In this document: positions 49,048 to 57,469 of the stretch, in pieces
Layout: each line of letters opens with the position of its first letter
How positions within the stretch are numbered: position 1 is the stretch's first letter
Source: Planctomycetota bacterium
GTDB lineage: Bacteria; Planctomycetota; UBA1135; UBA2386
Reading direction: 5' to 3'
Length of the DNA stretch: 64,000 bases
NCBI GenBank assembly: GCA_016794035.1
Contig: JAEUHS010000016.1
Span: 6,536-70,535 of the forward strand
Notes under the pieces: model-generated
What the model was told of the DNA's origin: nothing
Databases searched by the model: none
What the model saw: only the letters and a program-made list of their open reading frames with translations
Program-made: the position numbers and the translations under genes

Positions 49048-50397
49048 TCAGAGTCCGAGCGTGGTCACGACCGCGTTCGAGACGGTGGCGCCGGCCGGGT
49101 TGACGCCCGGATCGAGACACAGCGCCTGCGCGTAGATGCGATCGCCGACGGTGCCGATGGTCGGGTTGTAGGTGAACGACGCCATGCCACCGGCGCTGGT
49201 GACGTTGACGAACGCGTCGGGGAAGGCGTAGCCGGCGCAGCCCGGCAGGCCGACGAAGTCGAGCGCGAGGCCCGGCAACGCGGACAGGCCCAGCACGAAT
49301 GCCACGGCCTGCGGCGCGGTGTTCAGGTCGGTGAGCACCAGCCGGTAGTCGCCGCCGATGCGACCGGCGTCGGGCATGCTCAGCGCCGGCACGCCGTTCG
49401 AACCGGGGCAGCCGACACCGTAGGCACGCCAGCGGGCGCCGAACTCCCAGGTCTGGTTGGAGAGCGTGTTCGGACTCTGCGTGAAGCCGCCGAACTTCAC
49501 CACCTGTCGCCGCGTCGGCAGGAATGCGAGCGAATGGTCGCGCGCCGGCTGCGTCGCCGTCGGCTGCTGCGTCCACGCGGTGCCGTCGAACTCCCACGTG
49601 TCGGCGAAGATCGTGGTCGCATCCTGACCGCCGGTCAGCACGCAGACGCCGCGCAGGTCGTCGTAGACCATCTTCGCGGCGTTGCGCGGCGACGGCCTGG
49701 CGCCGGCGATCGGCACCGGGGTCCAGTTGACGCCGTCGTAGGTCCAGGTCGCGTCGAACAGCGTGCTGCTGAACGCGCCGCCGAACAGCACCGTCTTGCC
49801 GAGCGCCGCGTGGTAGCACATCGCCGGCCGGTCCAGCGCGCCGGGGTTCGCCGCGGTCGTGATCTGCACCCAGTTGACGCCGTCGTACTCCCAGGTCTTG
49901 TTCGACGGGATGCCGACGCCGGCGCCGACGCCGCCGTAGACGACGACGCGCGCGCGGCCGATGTCGTAGCAGATGCCGTTGCGGAACAGACCGCCGGGGT
50001 TCGTGGCGGGCGTTCGCAGGCTCCAGTCGACGCCGTCGAACTCCCAGGTCTCGCTGCTGGCGCCGCCGGCGGAGCCGCCGTAGAGCACGACCACGCCGCG
50101 CAGCAGGTCGTAGGTCATCTCGACCTCGATGCGGCCGCTCGGCGACGTCGCCGGGGCGAGCTGCGTCCAGTCGACGCCGTCGTAGACCCAGGTCTCGTTG
50201 CTCGGCGCCGGGTTGCCGGTGCCGCCGAACAGCAGCGCGCCGCCGACGCCGGGCGCGAACGTCATCGCCGCGCCGCGCCGCGCCGTCGGCGAGGTCGCGG
50301 GGGACTGTTGTTCCCATTGCGTGCGCGCCAGCAGCGGGGCCGCCGGGGCGGCGACCGAGACGGAGAGCAGGAACAGGGTGGTTGCGGTTCGAGGCAT
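49048..50397 (-). CDS. secreted Kelch-repeat beta-propeller protein with unassigned Cys-containing C-terminal module (paralog 1)
   Basis: ORF 49048..50508 trimmed to ATG 50397, with signal peptide MPRTATTLFLLSVSVAAPAAPLLA. Six blades with the recurring pattern hhhFGG...(E/D)TWE(F/Y)DG..W. The C-terminal 124 aa contain GCPGSNGVPAL, GLPGCAGYAF and QALCLDPGVNPAG. Confidence 0.85.
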   Translation of the reverse strand: MPRTATTLFLLSVSVAAPAAPLLARTQWEQQSPATSPTARRGAAMTFAPGVGGALLFGGTGNPAPSNETWVYDGVDWTQLAPATSPSGRIEVEMTYDLLRGVVVLYGGSAGGASSETWEFDGVDWSLRTPATNPGGLFRNGICYDIGRARVVVYGGVGAGVGIPSNKTWEYDGVNWVQITTAANPGALDRPAMCYHAALGKTVLFGGAFSSTLFDATWTYDGVNWTPVPIAGARPSPRNAAKMVYDDLRGVCVLTGGQDATTIFADTWEFDGTAWTQQPTATQPARDHSLAFLPTRRQVVKFGGFTQSPNTLSNQTWEFGARWRAYGVGCPGSNGVPALSMPDAGRIGGDYRLVLTDLNTAPQAVAFVLGLSALPGLALDFVGLPGCAGYAFPDAFVNVTSAGGMASFTYNPTIGTVGDRIYAQALCLDPGVNPAGATVSNAVVTTLGL

Positions 50398-50636
50398 CGG
50401 CGTCGGGTCGGCTGTGGGCACGATGCCACAGGCGACATTGGCGCGCGATCGGCCGGCGGAATCCGCGGAAACGGGCCGGCCCGTCGCCGTTGCGTTTCGT
50501 GGTTGCACTCCGTCCGTGAGGACCCGGATCCCGAGGCATGGAACGTCGTTGCGACCCAGCCTCTCGCCGCTGAGCTGCGGCGCGCAGCGCCGTCAGCTCC
50601 AGCATGGGCGGGCGTAGCCGCCACCCCGCACGTTCC

Positions 50637-52028
50637 CTAGTAGCCGAGCACGATCGTCGCCGCGTTCGACACGGTCAGCCCGGCGCTGTTGACGGTCGGA
50701 TCGACGCCGATGCCCTGCAGGTAGTAGGCGTCGCCGAGCTGGCTCGGGATCTGCGGCAGATCGTAGGTCCAGGACGCGGTGCCATTGACGACCGGCAGCG
50801 TCACCAGCGCGTCGGCGCTGGTGTAGGCGCGACAGCCCGGCATGCCGAGGCTGGTCAGCAGCATCGGCAGGCTGCCGAGCGGCCATTGCGTGCGGCTGAG
50901 CCCGACCGCCATCGCGGCGAGCGTGCTGCCGGGCGGCAGGTTGACGATGTCGACGCGCAGCTGGGTGCCGAGCACGGGCAGCGCGCCGAGCACCAGCTGC
51001 GGCGTGCCGGCGGTGCCGGCGCAGCCCATGCCGAACGCCTGGAACTGGGCGCCGAACTGCTGGGTGTCGTCGCGCAGGCTGTTGTTGGCCGTCACACCGC
51101 CGAACGCGGTGATGCGGTCGTGCACGAAGTCGTGCGCCATCGCGAAGTCCGAGCGCGGCGGATACATGCCGCCGTAGAGCGGATCGAGCTGGCGCCAGGT
51201 CGTGCCGTCGAACTCCCAGCTGTCGTTCTGGATCACCTGCGTCACCGGATCGCGGCCGCCGGTCAGCATCACGACGTTGCGGCTGAGGATCGCCTCCATG
51301 CGCGCACCCACCCGGGCCGACGGCTTGGGCCCGGTGATCGCCACCAGTTGCCAGTCGAGGCCGTCGTAGGTCCAGGTCTCGTCGTGGGCGTTGCCGCTGT
51401 TGTCGGCGCCACCGAACATCACGGTCTTGCCGATCGCGGGCAGGTAGGCCATCGCCGCGTCGGTCAGGCCCGGCGGCGAGTTGATCGTGGTCACCACATG
51501 CCAGTCGCCGCCGTAGTACTCCCACGTCTCCGCGAGCGCGGACGTCGGCTGGTAGAGGTTGAAGCGTCCGCCATAGAGCACGGTGACCTGGCGGCCGAGG
51601 TCGTAGGCCATCATGTGCCGCGCGCGGCCGAGCGGTGTGCTGGTCGGCGCCTGCTGTTGCCACGCGGTCCCGTTCCAGGCCCAGGTGTCGTCGGCGGCGA
51701 ACGGCGACGGGCTGCCGCTGGCGTCGATGCCGCCGTAGAGCAGGATCTCGCCGGTGATGGAGTTGGCCGCCATCGCCGACCGCTGCCGCGGCGACGGCGA
51801 GACCGTCGGCTGCAGCTGCGTCCAGGTGCCGTTGGCGAAGCTCCACAGCTCGTTGCCGGCGTTGCCGCCGAACATCAGCATTCGGTCCTGCAGCACGTCG
51901 AAGGCCATCATCGCGCCCTGCCGGGCGGACGGGGTCGTCGGGGTCGTCACCGGGCCCCACTGCGCGGCGACGGCGGTGGTGGTCGCGAGAGCGGCCAGAG
52001 CCGCACGGAGGACGGAGTTCGAGTTCAT
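50637..52028 (-). CDS. secreted Kelch-repeat beta-propeller protein (paralog 2)
   Basis: ORF 50637..52073 trimmed to ATG 52028, with signal peptide MNSNSVLRAALAALATTTAVAAQ. Same blade pattern. The C-terminal 132 aa contain GCAGTAGTPQL, GMPGCRAYTS and GIGVDPTVNSAG. Confidence 0.85.
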   Translation of the reverse strand: MNSNSVLRAALAALATTTAVAAQWGPVTTPTTPSARQGAMMAFDVLQDRMLMFGGNAGNELWSFANGTWTQLQPTVSPSPRQRSAMAANSITGEILLYGGIDASGSPSPFAADDTWAWNGTAWQQQAPTSTPLGRARHMMAYDLGRQVTVLYGGRFNLYQPTSALAETWEYYGGDWHVVTTINSPPGLTDAAMAYLPAIGKTVMFGGADNSGNAHDETWTYDGLDWQLVAITGPKPSARVGARMEAILSRNVVMLTGGRDPVTQVIQNDSWEFDGTTWRQLDPLYGGMYPPRSDFAMAHDFVHDRITAFGGVTANNSLRDDTQQFGAQFQAFGMGCAGTAGTPQLVLGALPVLGTQLRVDIVNLPPGSTLAAMAVGLSRTQWPLGSLPMLLTSLGMPGCRAYTSADALVTLPVVNGTASWTYDLPQIPSQLGDAYYLQGIGVDPTVNSAGLTVSNAATIVLGY

Positions 52029-52058
52029 GGGTCTTCGAGTCTGCGGGGTGATACGAAA

Positions 52059-52090
52059 CGGAGAGTGAGCCACCGGGCGCTCACTCTCCG
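52059..52090 (-). terminator. perfect 12-bp hairpin followed by UUU, 47 nt after the Kelch-3 stop and 30 nt before the Kelch-2 ATG
   Basis: Minus strand reads CGGAGAGTGAGC-gcccggtg-GCTCACTCTCCG-ttt. It could be an intrinsic terminator or a processing/attenuation site. Confidence 0.4.
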
Positions 52091-52136
52091 CGTGGCCGCG
52101 CAGCGCGGCCGGGGGGTTCCGAGCGACCGACCGGCC

Positions 52137-53516
52137 TCAGAGGCCGATGGTGCCGGAGATCGCCTGCGTGATCGTGAAGTCGAACGCGTTGACGCCCGGG
52201 TCGTAGCACAGCGCCTGGCCCCAGAACTGGCTGCCGATGGTGCCGCCGACGGATGGCCAGGTCCAGCTGGCGTCGCCGAGGCTGCCGGTGATGCCGACCG
52301 AGGCGTCTGGCGTGATGTAGGCGTAGCAGCCCGGCATGCCGGGGAACGGATCGAGCAGGAAGCCGCCCGGGATCTGCGTGAAGCCGAACACCAGCACGCC
52401 CGCGTTGAACGTCGTGTTCAGGTTCGACGCGGTGACGACCCAGGGCTGGCCGAGGCGCGGCGACTGGTTGACCGACAGGTGCGGCAGGCCGTTGCTGCCG
52501 GGGCAGGCCGAGCCGAAGGTGCCGGTCTCCCATTCCCAGGTGTCGTTGTAGTAGGTGAAGGTCGCGAAACTGACGCCGCCAAACACCACCATGCGGTTGC
52601 TGGCGGGCATGAAGCCCATCATGCCATTGAGGCGCGTCCCGGTGATCGAAGTGGCGACCTGGGTCCAAGTCGTGCCATCGAACTCCCAGGTGTCGCTGAA
52701 GTAGGTCTGGCCGGTCATGTCGGTTGGGTCCGCACCACCGGTCAGCACGCAGACGCCACGGATGCTGTCATAGGCCATCATGGCCCCGGTGCGTGCTGCG
52801 GGCTTGGCACCGGCGATGGTCAGAGCGGACCAGGCGTGCGTCGCGCCATCGTAGGTCCAGGTGGTGTTGTTCCACGATCCCTGCACGTCGATGCCCCCGA
52901 ACAGCACGGTCTTGCCGATGCCGGCATGGAAGCACATCGAAGGGCGTTCGAGCGGGCCCGGGTTCGTGGCCGGCGTGATGGCGGTCTCGGTCCAGCCGGT
53001 GCCATTCCACTCGAAGGTCTTGTCCGAGTCGATCGGGAAGAAGCTGTCCGGCAGGCCGCCGTAGACGATCGTCAGGTTGTGGACCGAGTCGTGACTCATG
53101 CCGTGCAGGCCAAGGCCGCCCGGGGTCGTGCCGACGATGACCGGCTGAGTCCAGGTGGTGCCATCGAACACCCACGTCTCGTCCTTCGACGGGCCGCCGA
53201 AGAAGCTCGAACTCAGGCCACCGTACATCACGAACACGCCGCCGTTGATGTCGTACTCCATCTCGGCGCCGGCACGGCCGCCGGGGCCGCTGGCCGCGGT
53301 GGTCCAGGTCGTGCCATCGTAGGTCCACGCCTGGCTGCTGGGCGCGAAGCCACCGGTGTCGCCGCCGAACATCAGCAGGTTGCCGGTCGGGCCGGTGGCG
53401 AATGCTGCTGCGGCGGTGGTCGGAGGCGAAGCCCCCGGGGTTGCCTGCTGCCACTGGGCCGACAGGGAAGAAACGGAGATGGAGAGGGCGATGGCCCCGA
53501 GGAGCGTAGTTTTCAT
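52137..53516 (-). CDS. secreted Kelch-repeat beta-propeller protein (paralog 3)
   Basis: This is the real 3' part of ORF 52137..54446, starting at ATG 53516, with signal peptide MKTTLLGAIALSISVSSLSAQ. Same blade pattern. The C-terminal 126 aa contain ACPGSNGLPHL, GMPGCYAYIT and QALCYDPGVNAFD. Confidence 0.85.
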   Translation of the reverse strand: MKTTLLGAIALSISVSSLSAQWQQATPGASPPTTAAAAFATGPTGNLLMFGGDTGGFAPSSQAWTYDGTTWTTAASGPGGRAGAEMEYDINGGVFVMYGGLSSSFFGGPSKDETWVFDGTTWTQPVIVGTTPGGLGLHGMSHDSVHNLTIVYGGLPDSFFPIDSDKTFEWNGTGWTETAITPATNPGPLERPSMCFHAGIGKTVLFGGIDVQGSWNNTTWTYDGATHAWSALTIAGAKPAARTGAMMAYDSIRGVCVLTGGADPTDMTGQTYFSDTWEFDGTTWTQVATSITGTRLNGMMGFMPASNRMVVFGGVSFATFTYYNDTWEWETGTFGSACPGSNGLPHLSVNQSPRLGQPWVVTASNLNTTFNAGVLVFGFTQIPGGFLLDPFPGMPGCYAYITPDASVGITGSLGDASWTWPSVGGTIGSQFWGQALCYDPGVNAFDFTITQAISGTIGL

Positions 53517-53533
53517 GGCAGGAATGTCCTGCC
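53517..53533 (-). promoter_or_regulatory. hairpin abutting the Kelch-3 start codon that contains the only SD-like AGGA
   Basis: Minus strand reads GGCAGGA-cat-TCCTGCC-ATG (7-bp stem, or 6 bp with a 5-nt loop). Confidence 0.3.
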
Positions 53534-53593
53534 GGTTAGGAGCCGTGCACCGGCCGATCGGCCGGAAGAATCCGGCACGACGCCCCAGAAAAC

Positions 53594-56500
53594 TCAGTTC
53601 TTGAACCGCATCGCGCGGGACCCGATGCGCCAGACCAGGCCCAGCTGGTTGGACACGAACAGCTCGGGGCTGCCGTCGCCGTCGCTGTCGGGCACCGGCA
53701 GCAGGCAGCTGCCGAACCCCTGCACGGACGGGTGCGGCAGCAGCGACGAGGCGTCCAGTCCCTGCGCGGTCCAGAACTCGATCGCGCCCGTCGATGCCGT
53801 GCCGCCCAGCGGCGCGCCGATCGCCACCAGGGGCGGCCCCGTCGCACGCCGATAGGCGGCCACCGCGAAGCCGAACTCGATGCCGGGCTTGTGGCCGCGG
53901 ATCTCGCCCAGCCTGGCGCCGGTGCGGCCGGAGAACAGCTGCACCTGGTCGACGTTGCTCGTCGTGCCATCGCCGACCGCCGAGATCACCACGTCGCCGC
54001 GGCCGTCGCCGTCGACGTCGCCGATGCCGGCCACCGCCATGCCGAAGCCACGGTCGGGTGACGGGTCGCTCCAGGACTGCAGCACGGCGCCGGTGCCGGT
54101 GGAGTAGAGCCGCACCAGACCCGGCGCGCCGCCGACACGCCCCCCGTAGTTGCCGCCGACCAGCAGGTCGTCGCGTCCGTCGCCGTCGGCGTCGCCGGCG
54201 TTGGCGATGCAGGCGCCGAACCAGACACCGGGCACGTCGTTGCGCAGCGTGGACAGCACCCGGCGCGTGCGGCCGGAGAAGATGTCGACGCGGCCCTGCG
54301 GCGCGGTGTTGCGCACCAGCGCCGCGGTGGCGACCGCGAAGTCGGCGGCGCCATCCCCGTCGACGTCGCCGAGGCCGGCCACGGCGACGCCGAAACCCGG
54401 TTCGCCCTCGAGCTGGGCGAGGCGCTGCCGCGTGCGGCCCGACCACACCTCGGCGAGGCCGAACTCCGCGTCCCGCGTGCCGGCCGGTGCGCCGATCAGC
54501 CAGTCGCAGGCCCCGTCGCCGTCGACGTCGCCGATCCCGGCGAGGCTGTGGCCGAAGATCTGTCCGTCACCGTCGCCTTCGATCGAGTCGACGAGTTCCG
54601 CGGTGACGCCGTCGACCAGGAACACACGGCCCGGCGCCTCGTACGGGTCGCGGGTCGCGGCGCTGATCAGCACGTCGTCGATGCCGTCGCCGGTGCGGTC
54701 GTCGACGCGGCTCAACGCGTGACCGAACATCAGCGCGGGCGCCAGGTCGGCGGGCGGCATGGCGAGTCGCAGCGGGACTCCGGTCCAGGCGCCGCCGGGC
54801 AGCTGCAGCGAGACGTTCTCGACCATCAGCGTCAGCGTCGGTGCCAGGTAGGGCAGCAGCCAGGCGGCGCCCGCCGCGAGCAGGCGCAGCCGCAGGTCCT
54901 CGGCGCGGTGGAGCGGCAGGTGCGCGACCAGCAGCGGCACCGCGAGCAGCGCATTGCCGGCCGCCGTGTCGAGCAGGCGCTGTGCCCTGCCGGCGGCGCG
55001 CATCTGCAGTCGCACGTCGCGCACGAGGCGCAGCAGGAACACGAAGTTCGTCGCGATCGTGGGTGCGAAGCTGCGGATCGGCATCTCGCCGCCGAGGAAC
55101 GCCCTGCCGGTCGCGTCGGCCCCGGTGCGTGCCAGGCCCTCCCGGTAGAGTTCGCTCAGCCCGCCGATGCGCAGGATCTCGAGCAGGTCGGCGACCGTAC
55201 CGCGGGAACCTTGGCGACCCAGATCCTGGTCCAACACCGCCAGGACCTCGTGCGCGTAGCTGCCGAGGTCCCGCTGCTGCAGCGCGACACGCGCCCGATC
55301 GAGGCGGAACCGGGACACCTCGGGCCACCCGTGCACGAGGCTGTCGAGCACGCGAGCCGCGACCGCGAGGTCGCCGCGACGCTGCGCCAGCTGGGCGATC
55401 CGGTGCAGCGGGGTCGGGTCCGACGGGTCCCGCCGCGCCAGTTCGCGGTAGCGGTCGGCGAGGTCGCCGTCGACCTCGGTCGCGGCGCGCAGGTCGAGTT
55501 CCACCCGCTGCCGCAGCAGGGCGACGCTGTCGTCGTCGCCGACGCCGGCGAGCCAGCGGCGGGTCGCCTGCAGGTCGCCGATCGCCAGCGCGGCATCCGC
55601 CAGCGCGAGGCGGAGGATCGCGGCGTCCGGGAACGACCGCTGGGCGCGCTGCAGGTGCGCATAGGCGAGGTCCGGCAGCCCGTCGGCCAGCAGGCGCATG
55701 CCGAGCGTGGCGCTGATCAGCGGTTCGTCGCGTTCGAGCGGCGAGATCCGTTCCCAGGCGCGCTCGCACAACCGGAAGTCCCCGAGCAGGAAACCCAGCA
55801 GGCCGGCGGTGGCGCGGTCTTCGTCGTCCGCCAGCGCCTCTTCGCGCAGCATCGGATCCGGATCCCGGCTGCCGAGGGCGAGGCTGCGTGCCGCTTCGAC
55901 CGTGAAGTCGCCCAGGCCCGCACAGAGCCGGCGGAACTCGTCGCTGGCGAGGGCGGTGTGCAGCTTCTCCGGCGCACCGACGGACAAGCGCCGCAGCCAC
56001 AGCGACAGCTGCGCCACGTCGCGTTCGAGCCGGGCGGCACGGTTGTCCGGATCGAGCGCGACGGCCTGGTCGTACTCGCCGATGGCGGTGAGCAGCGGCG
56101 CCGTCGTCGGCCCGCCCGCCGGGGCGGCCGGGTCGGTGGTGCTGCCCTCGTCGATGCCGCGCTGGGTCAGGCGCCGGCTCTCGATCGAGAAGATCTGCTG
56201 CCGCGCCGCCTGCACGTGGGCGCGCGCCGTGTCCTTCGAGCGGCCGGACGCCTGCACCCGGTCGAGGATGGGCACCATCGCGGCGGCGACCAGCGCGGCG
56301 CCCAGGGAGCCTGCGAGCAGGTGGTTGCGGTGGCGGCGCAGGAACTTGCCGGCGCGGCGCAGGGCGCCGACCGGGCGGGCCTGGATCGGCTGCAGGTCGA
56401 GCAGGCGCTGCAGGTCGTCGGCGAGCTCGCCCGCGCTCGTGTAGCGCCGGTCGGGGTCGACCTCCATCGCGTGCTGCACGATCGTCTCGAGGTCGCGCGG

Positions 56501-57469
56501 GCAGCCCGGCGCGGCCCGCCGCAGCGGCACCAGCCGGCCCTCCTCGATGCGCCGCAGCTGGTCCGTGGTCGAGCGACCGGCGAACGGCGTCGACAGGGTC
56601 AGGCACTCGTACAGCGTGACGCCGAGGCCGTAGACGTCGCACGCCGGGCCGATCGTCGCGTCGCCGCGCAGTTGCTCCGGCGACGAGTAGACCGGTGTGC
56701 CGGCGAAGCTGCCGGTGCGCGAGATCTCGCGCGACGTCAGCCGCACGAGGCCGAAGTCGACCAGCACCGGCTGGCCGCTGCGCCGCAGCAGGATGTTGGC
56801 GGGCTTCACGTCGCGGTGGATCAGGCCGGCGGCGTGCACCGCGCCGAGCGCGCCGGCGATCTTCGACGCCAACCGGACGAAGAACTGCGTCAGGTTGCGG
56901 GCGCCGAGTTCGGCCAGGGGCAGTCCGAGCCGCTCGGCCACCTGCGCGAGCGTCGGGATCGTGCCCTTGGCGTCGCGATGCGCGCGCAGGTGGTCGAGCA
57001 ACTGCTGCAGGCTCGGTCCGTCGACGAACTCCATCTCGAACGCGAGCACCTCGCCCTCGTCGACGATGCGGTGGATCGCGACGATGTGGTCGTGTTCGAC
57101 CTTGGCCAGCGCGCGGGCCTCGGCGAGGAAACGCGGCCGGCTGCGCGGCGACAGGCCGATCGAGTGCGGCAGCACCTTCAGCGCCACCTCGCGATCGAGC
57201 GACGTCTGCCGCGCGAGGTAGACCGTGCCCATGCCGCCGCGGCCGATCTCGCGCACGATCTCGTAGCCCTGCAGCGACGGCTTCGGCGTGTGCTTGCGGC
57301 CGGCGACCCCGAACGCCAGTCCGAGCGCTTCGTCGAGGCGGTGCGCGACCGTCGGATGGCGCGCCGCGGACCCCGGCAGGTCGGGCTCTTCGCCGTCGAG
57401 CATCTGCGTCAGCAGGTCGTCGAGCAGATCGGCGAACTCCGGGTCCTCCTCGGCGGGCGCGGACGTCAC
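53594..57469 (-). CDS. Hanks-type Ser/Thr protein kinase, single TM, TPR-like helical region and FG-GAP/VCBS (integrin-alpha-like) repeats
   Basis: This is the real 3' part of ORF 53594..58042. GTG 57469 overlaps the sigma-factor TGA (GTGA). Kinase motifs GRGGMGTVYLA, VALKVL, HRDVKPANILL, DFGL and GTPVYSSPEQ. TM helix LLAGSLGAALVAAAMVPIL. Six to seven repeats of the type GDVDGDGxxDhhhG. Confidence 0.9.
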   Translation of the reverse strand: MTSAPAEEDPEFADLLDDLLTQMLDGEEPDLPGSAARHPTVAHRLDEALGLAFGVAGRKHTPKPSLQGYEIVREIGRGGMGTVYLARQTSLDREVALKVLPHSIGLSPRSRPRFLAEARALAKVEHDHIVAIHRIVDEGEVLAFEMEFVDGPSLQQLLDHLRAHRDAKGTIPTLAQVAERLGLPLAELGARNLTQFFVRLASKIAGALGAVHAAGLIHRDVKPANILLRRSGQPVLVDFGLVRLTSREISRTGSFAGTPVYSSPEQLRGDATIGPACDVYGLGVTLYECLTLSTPFAGRSTTDQLRRIEEGRLVPLRRAAPGCPRDLETIVQHAMEVDPDRRYTSAGELADDLQRLLDLQPIQARPVGALRRAGKFLRRHRNHLLAGSLGAALVAAAMVPILDRVQASGRSKDTARAHVQAARQQIFSIESRRLTQRGIDEGSTTDPAAPAGGPTTAPLLTAIGEYDQAVALDPDNRAARLERDVAQLSLWLRRLSVGAPEKLHTALASDEFRRLCAGLGDFTVEAARSLALGSRDPDPMLREEALADDEDRATAGLLGFLLGDFRLCERAWERISPLERDEPLISATLGMRLLADGLPDLAYAHLQRAQRSFPDAAILRLALADAALAIGDLQATRRWLAGVGDDDSVALLRQRVELDLRAATEVDGDLADRYRELARRDPSDPTPLHRIAQLAQRRGDLAVAARVLDSLVHGWPEVSRFRLDRARVALQQRDLGSYAHEVLAVLDQDLGRQGSRGTVADLLEILRIGGLSELYREGLARTGADATGRAFLGGEMPIRSFAPTIATNFVFLLRLVRDVRLQMRAAGRAQRLLDTAAGNALLAVPLLVAHLPLHRAEDLRLRLLAAGAAWLLPYLAPTLTLMVENVSLQLPGGAWTGVPLRLAMPPADLAPALMFGHALSRVDDRTGDGIDDVLISAATRDPYEAPGRVFLVDGVTAELVDSIEGDGDGQIFGHSLAGIGDVDGDGACDWLIGAPAGTRDAEFGLAEVWSGRTRQRLAQLEGEPGFGVAVAGLGDVDGDGAADFAVATAALVRNTAPQGRVDIFSGRTRRVLSTLRNDVPGVWFGACIANAGDADGDGRDDLLVGGNYGGRVGGAPGLVRLYSTGTGAVLQSWSDPSPDRGFGMAVAGIGDVDGDGRGDVVISAVGDGTTSNVDQVQLFSGRTGARLGEIRGHKPGIEFGFAVAAYRRATGPPLVAIGAPLGGTASTGAIEFWTAQGLDASSLLPHPSVQGFGSCLLPVPDSDGDGSPELFVSNQLGLVWRIGSRAMRFKN

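Noticed and set aside
44759-50605. 1948-aa minus-strand ORF, and the + strand giants 46051..50640 (1529 aa) and 50604..53855 (1083 aa)
   Set aside because: In the 1948-aa ORF only the last 332 codons (isoaspartyl peptidase) are protein-like; the rest is Arg/Pro/Ala/Gly junk out of frame with the histidine kinase and Kelch-1. The + strand giants are antisense to the HK and Kelch genes. Such stop-free shadow frames are typical of high-GC DNA.
49048-53516. Kelch triplication as an assembly artefact, recent segmental duplication or mobile cassette
   Set aside because: The copies differ in length and in most codons. The spacers are unrelated in sequence. No inverted repeats, transposase or integrase flank them.
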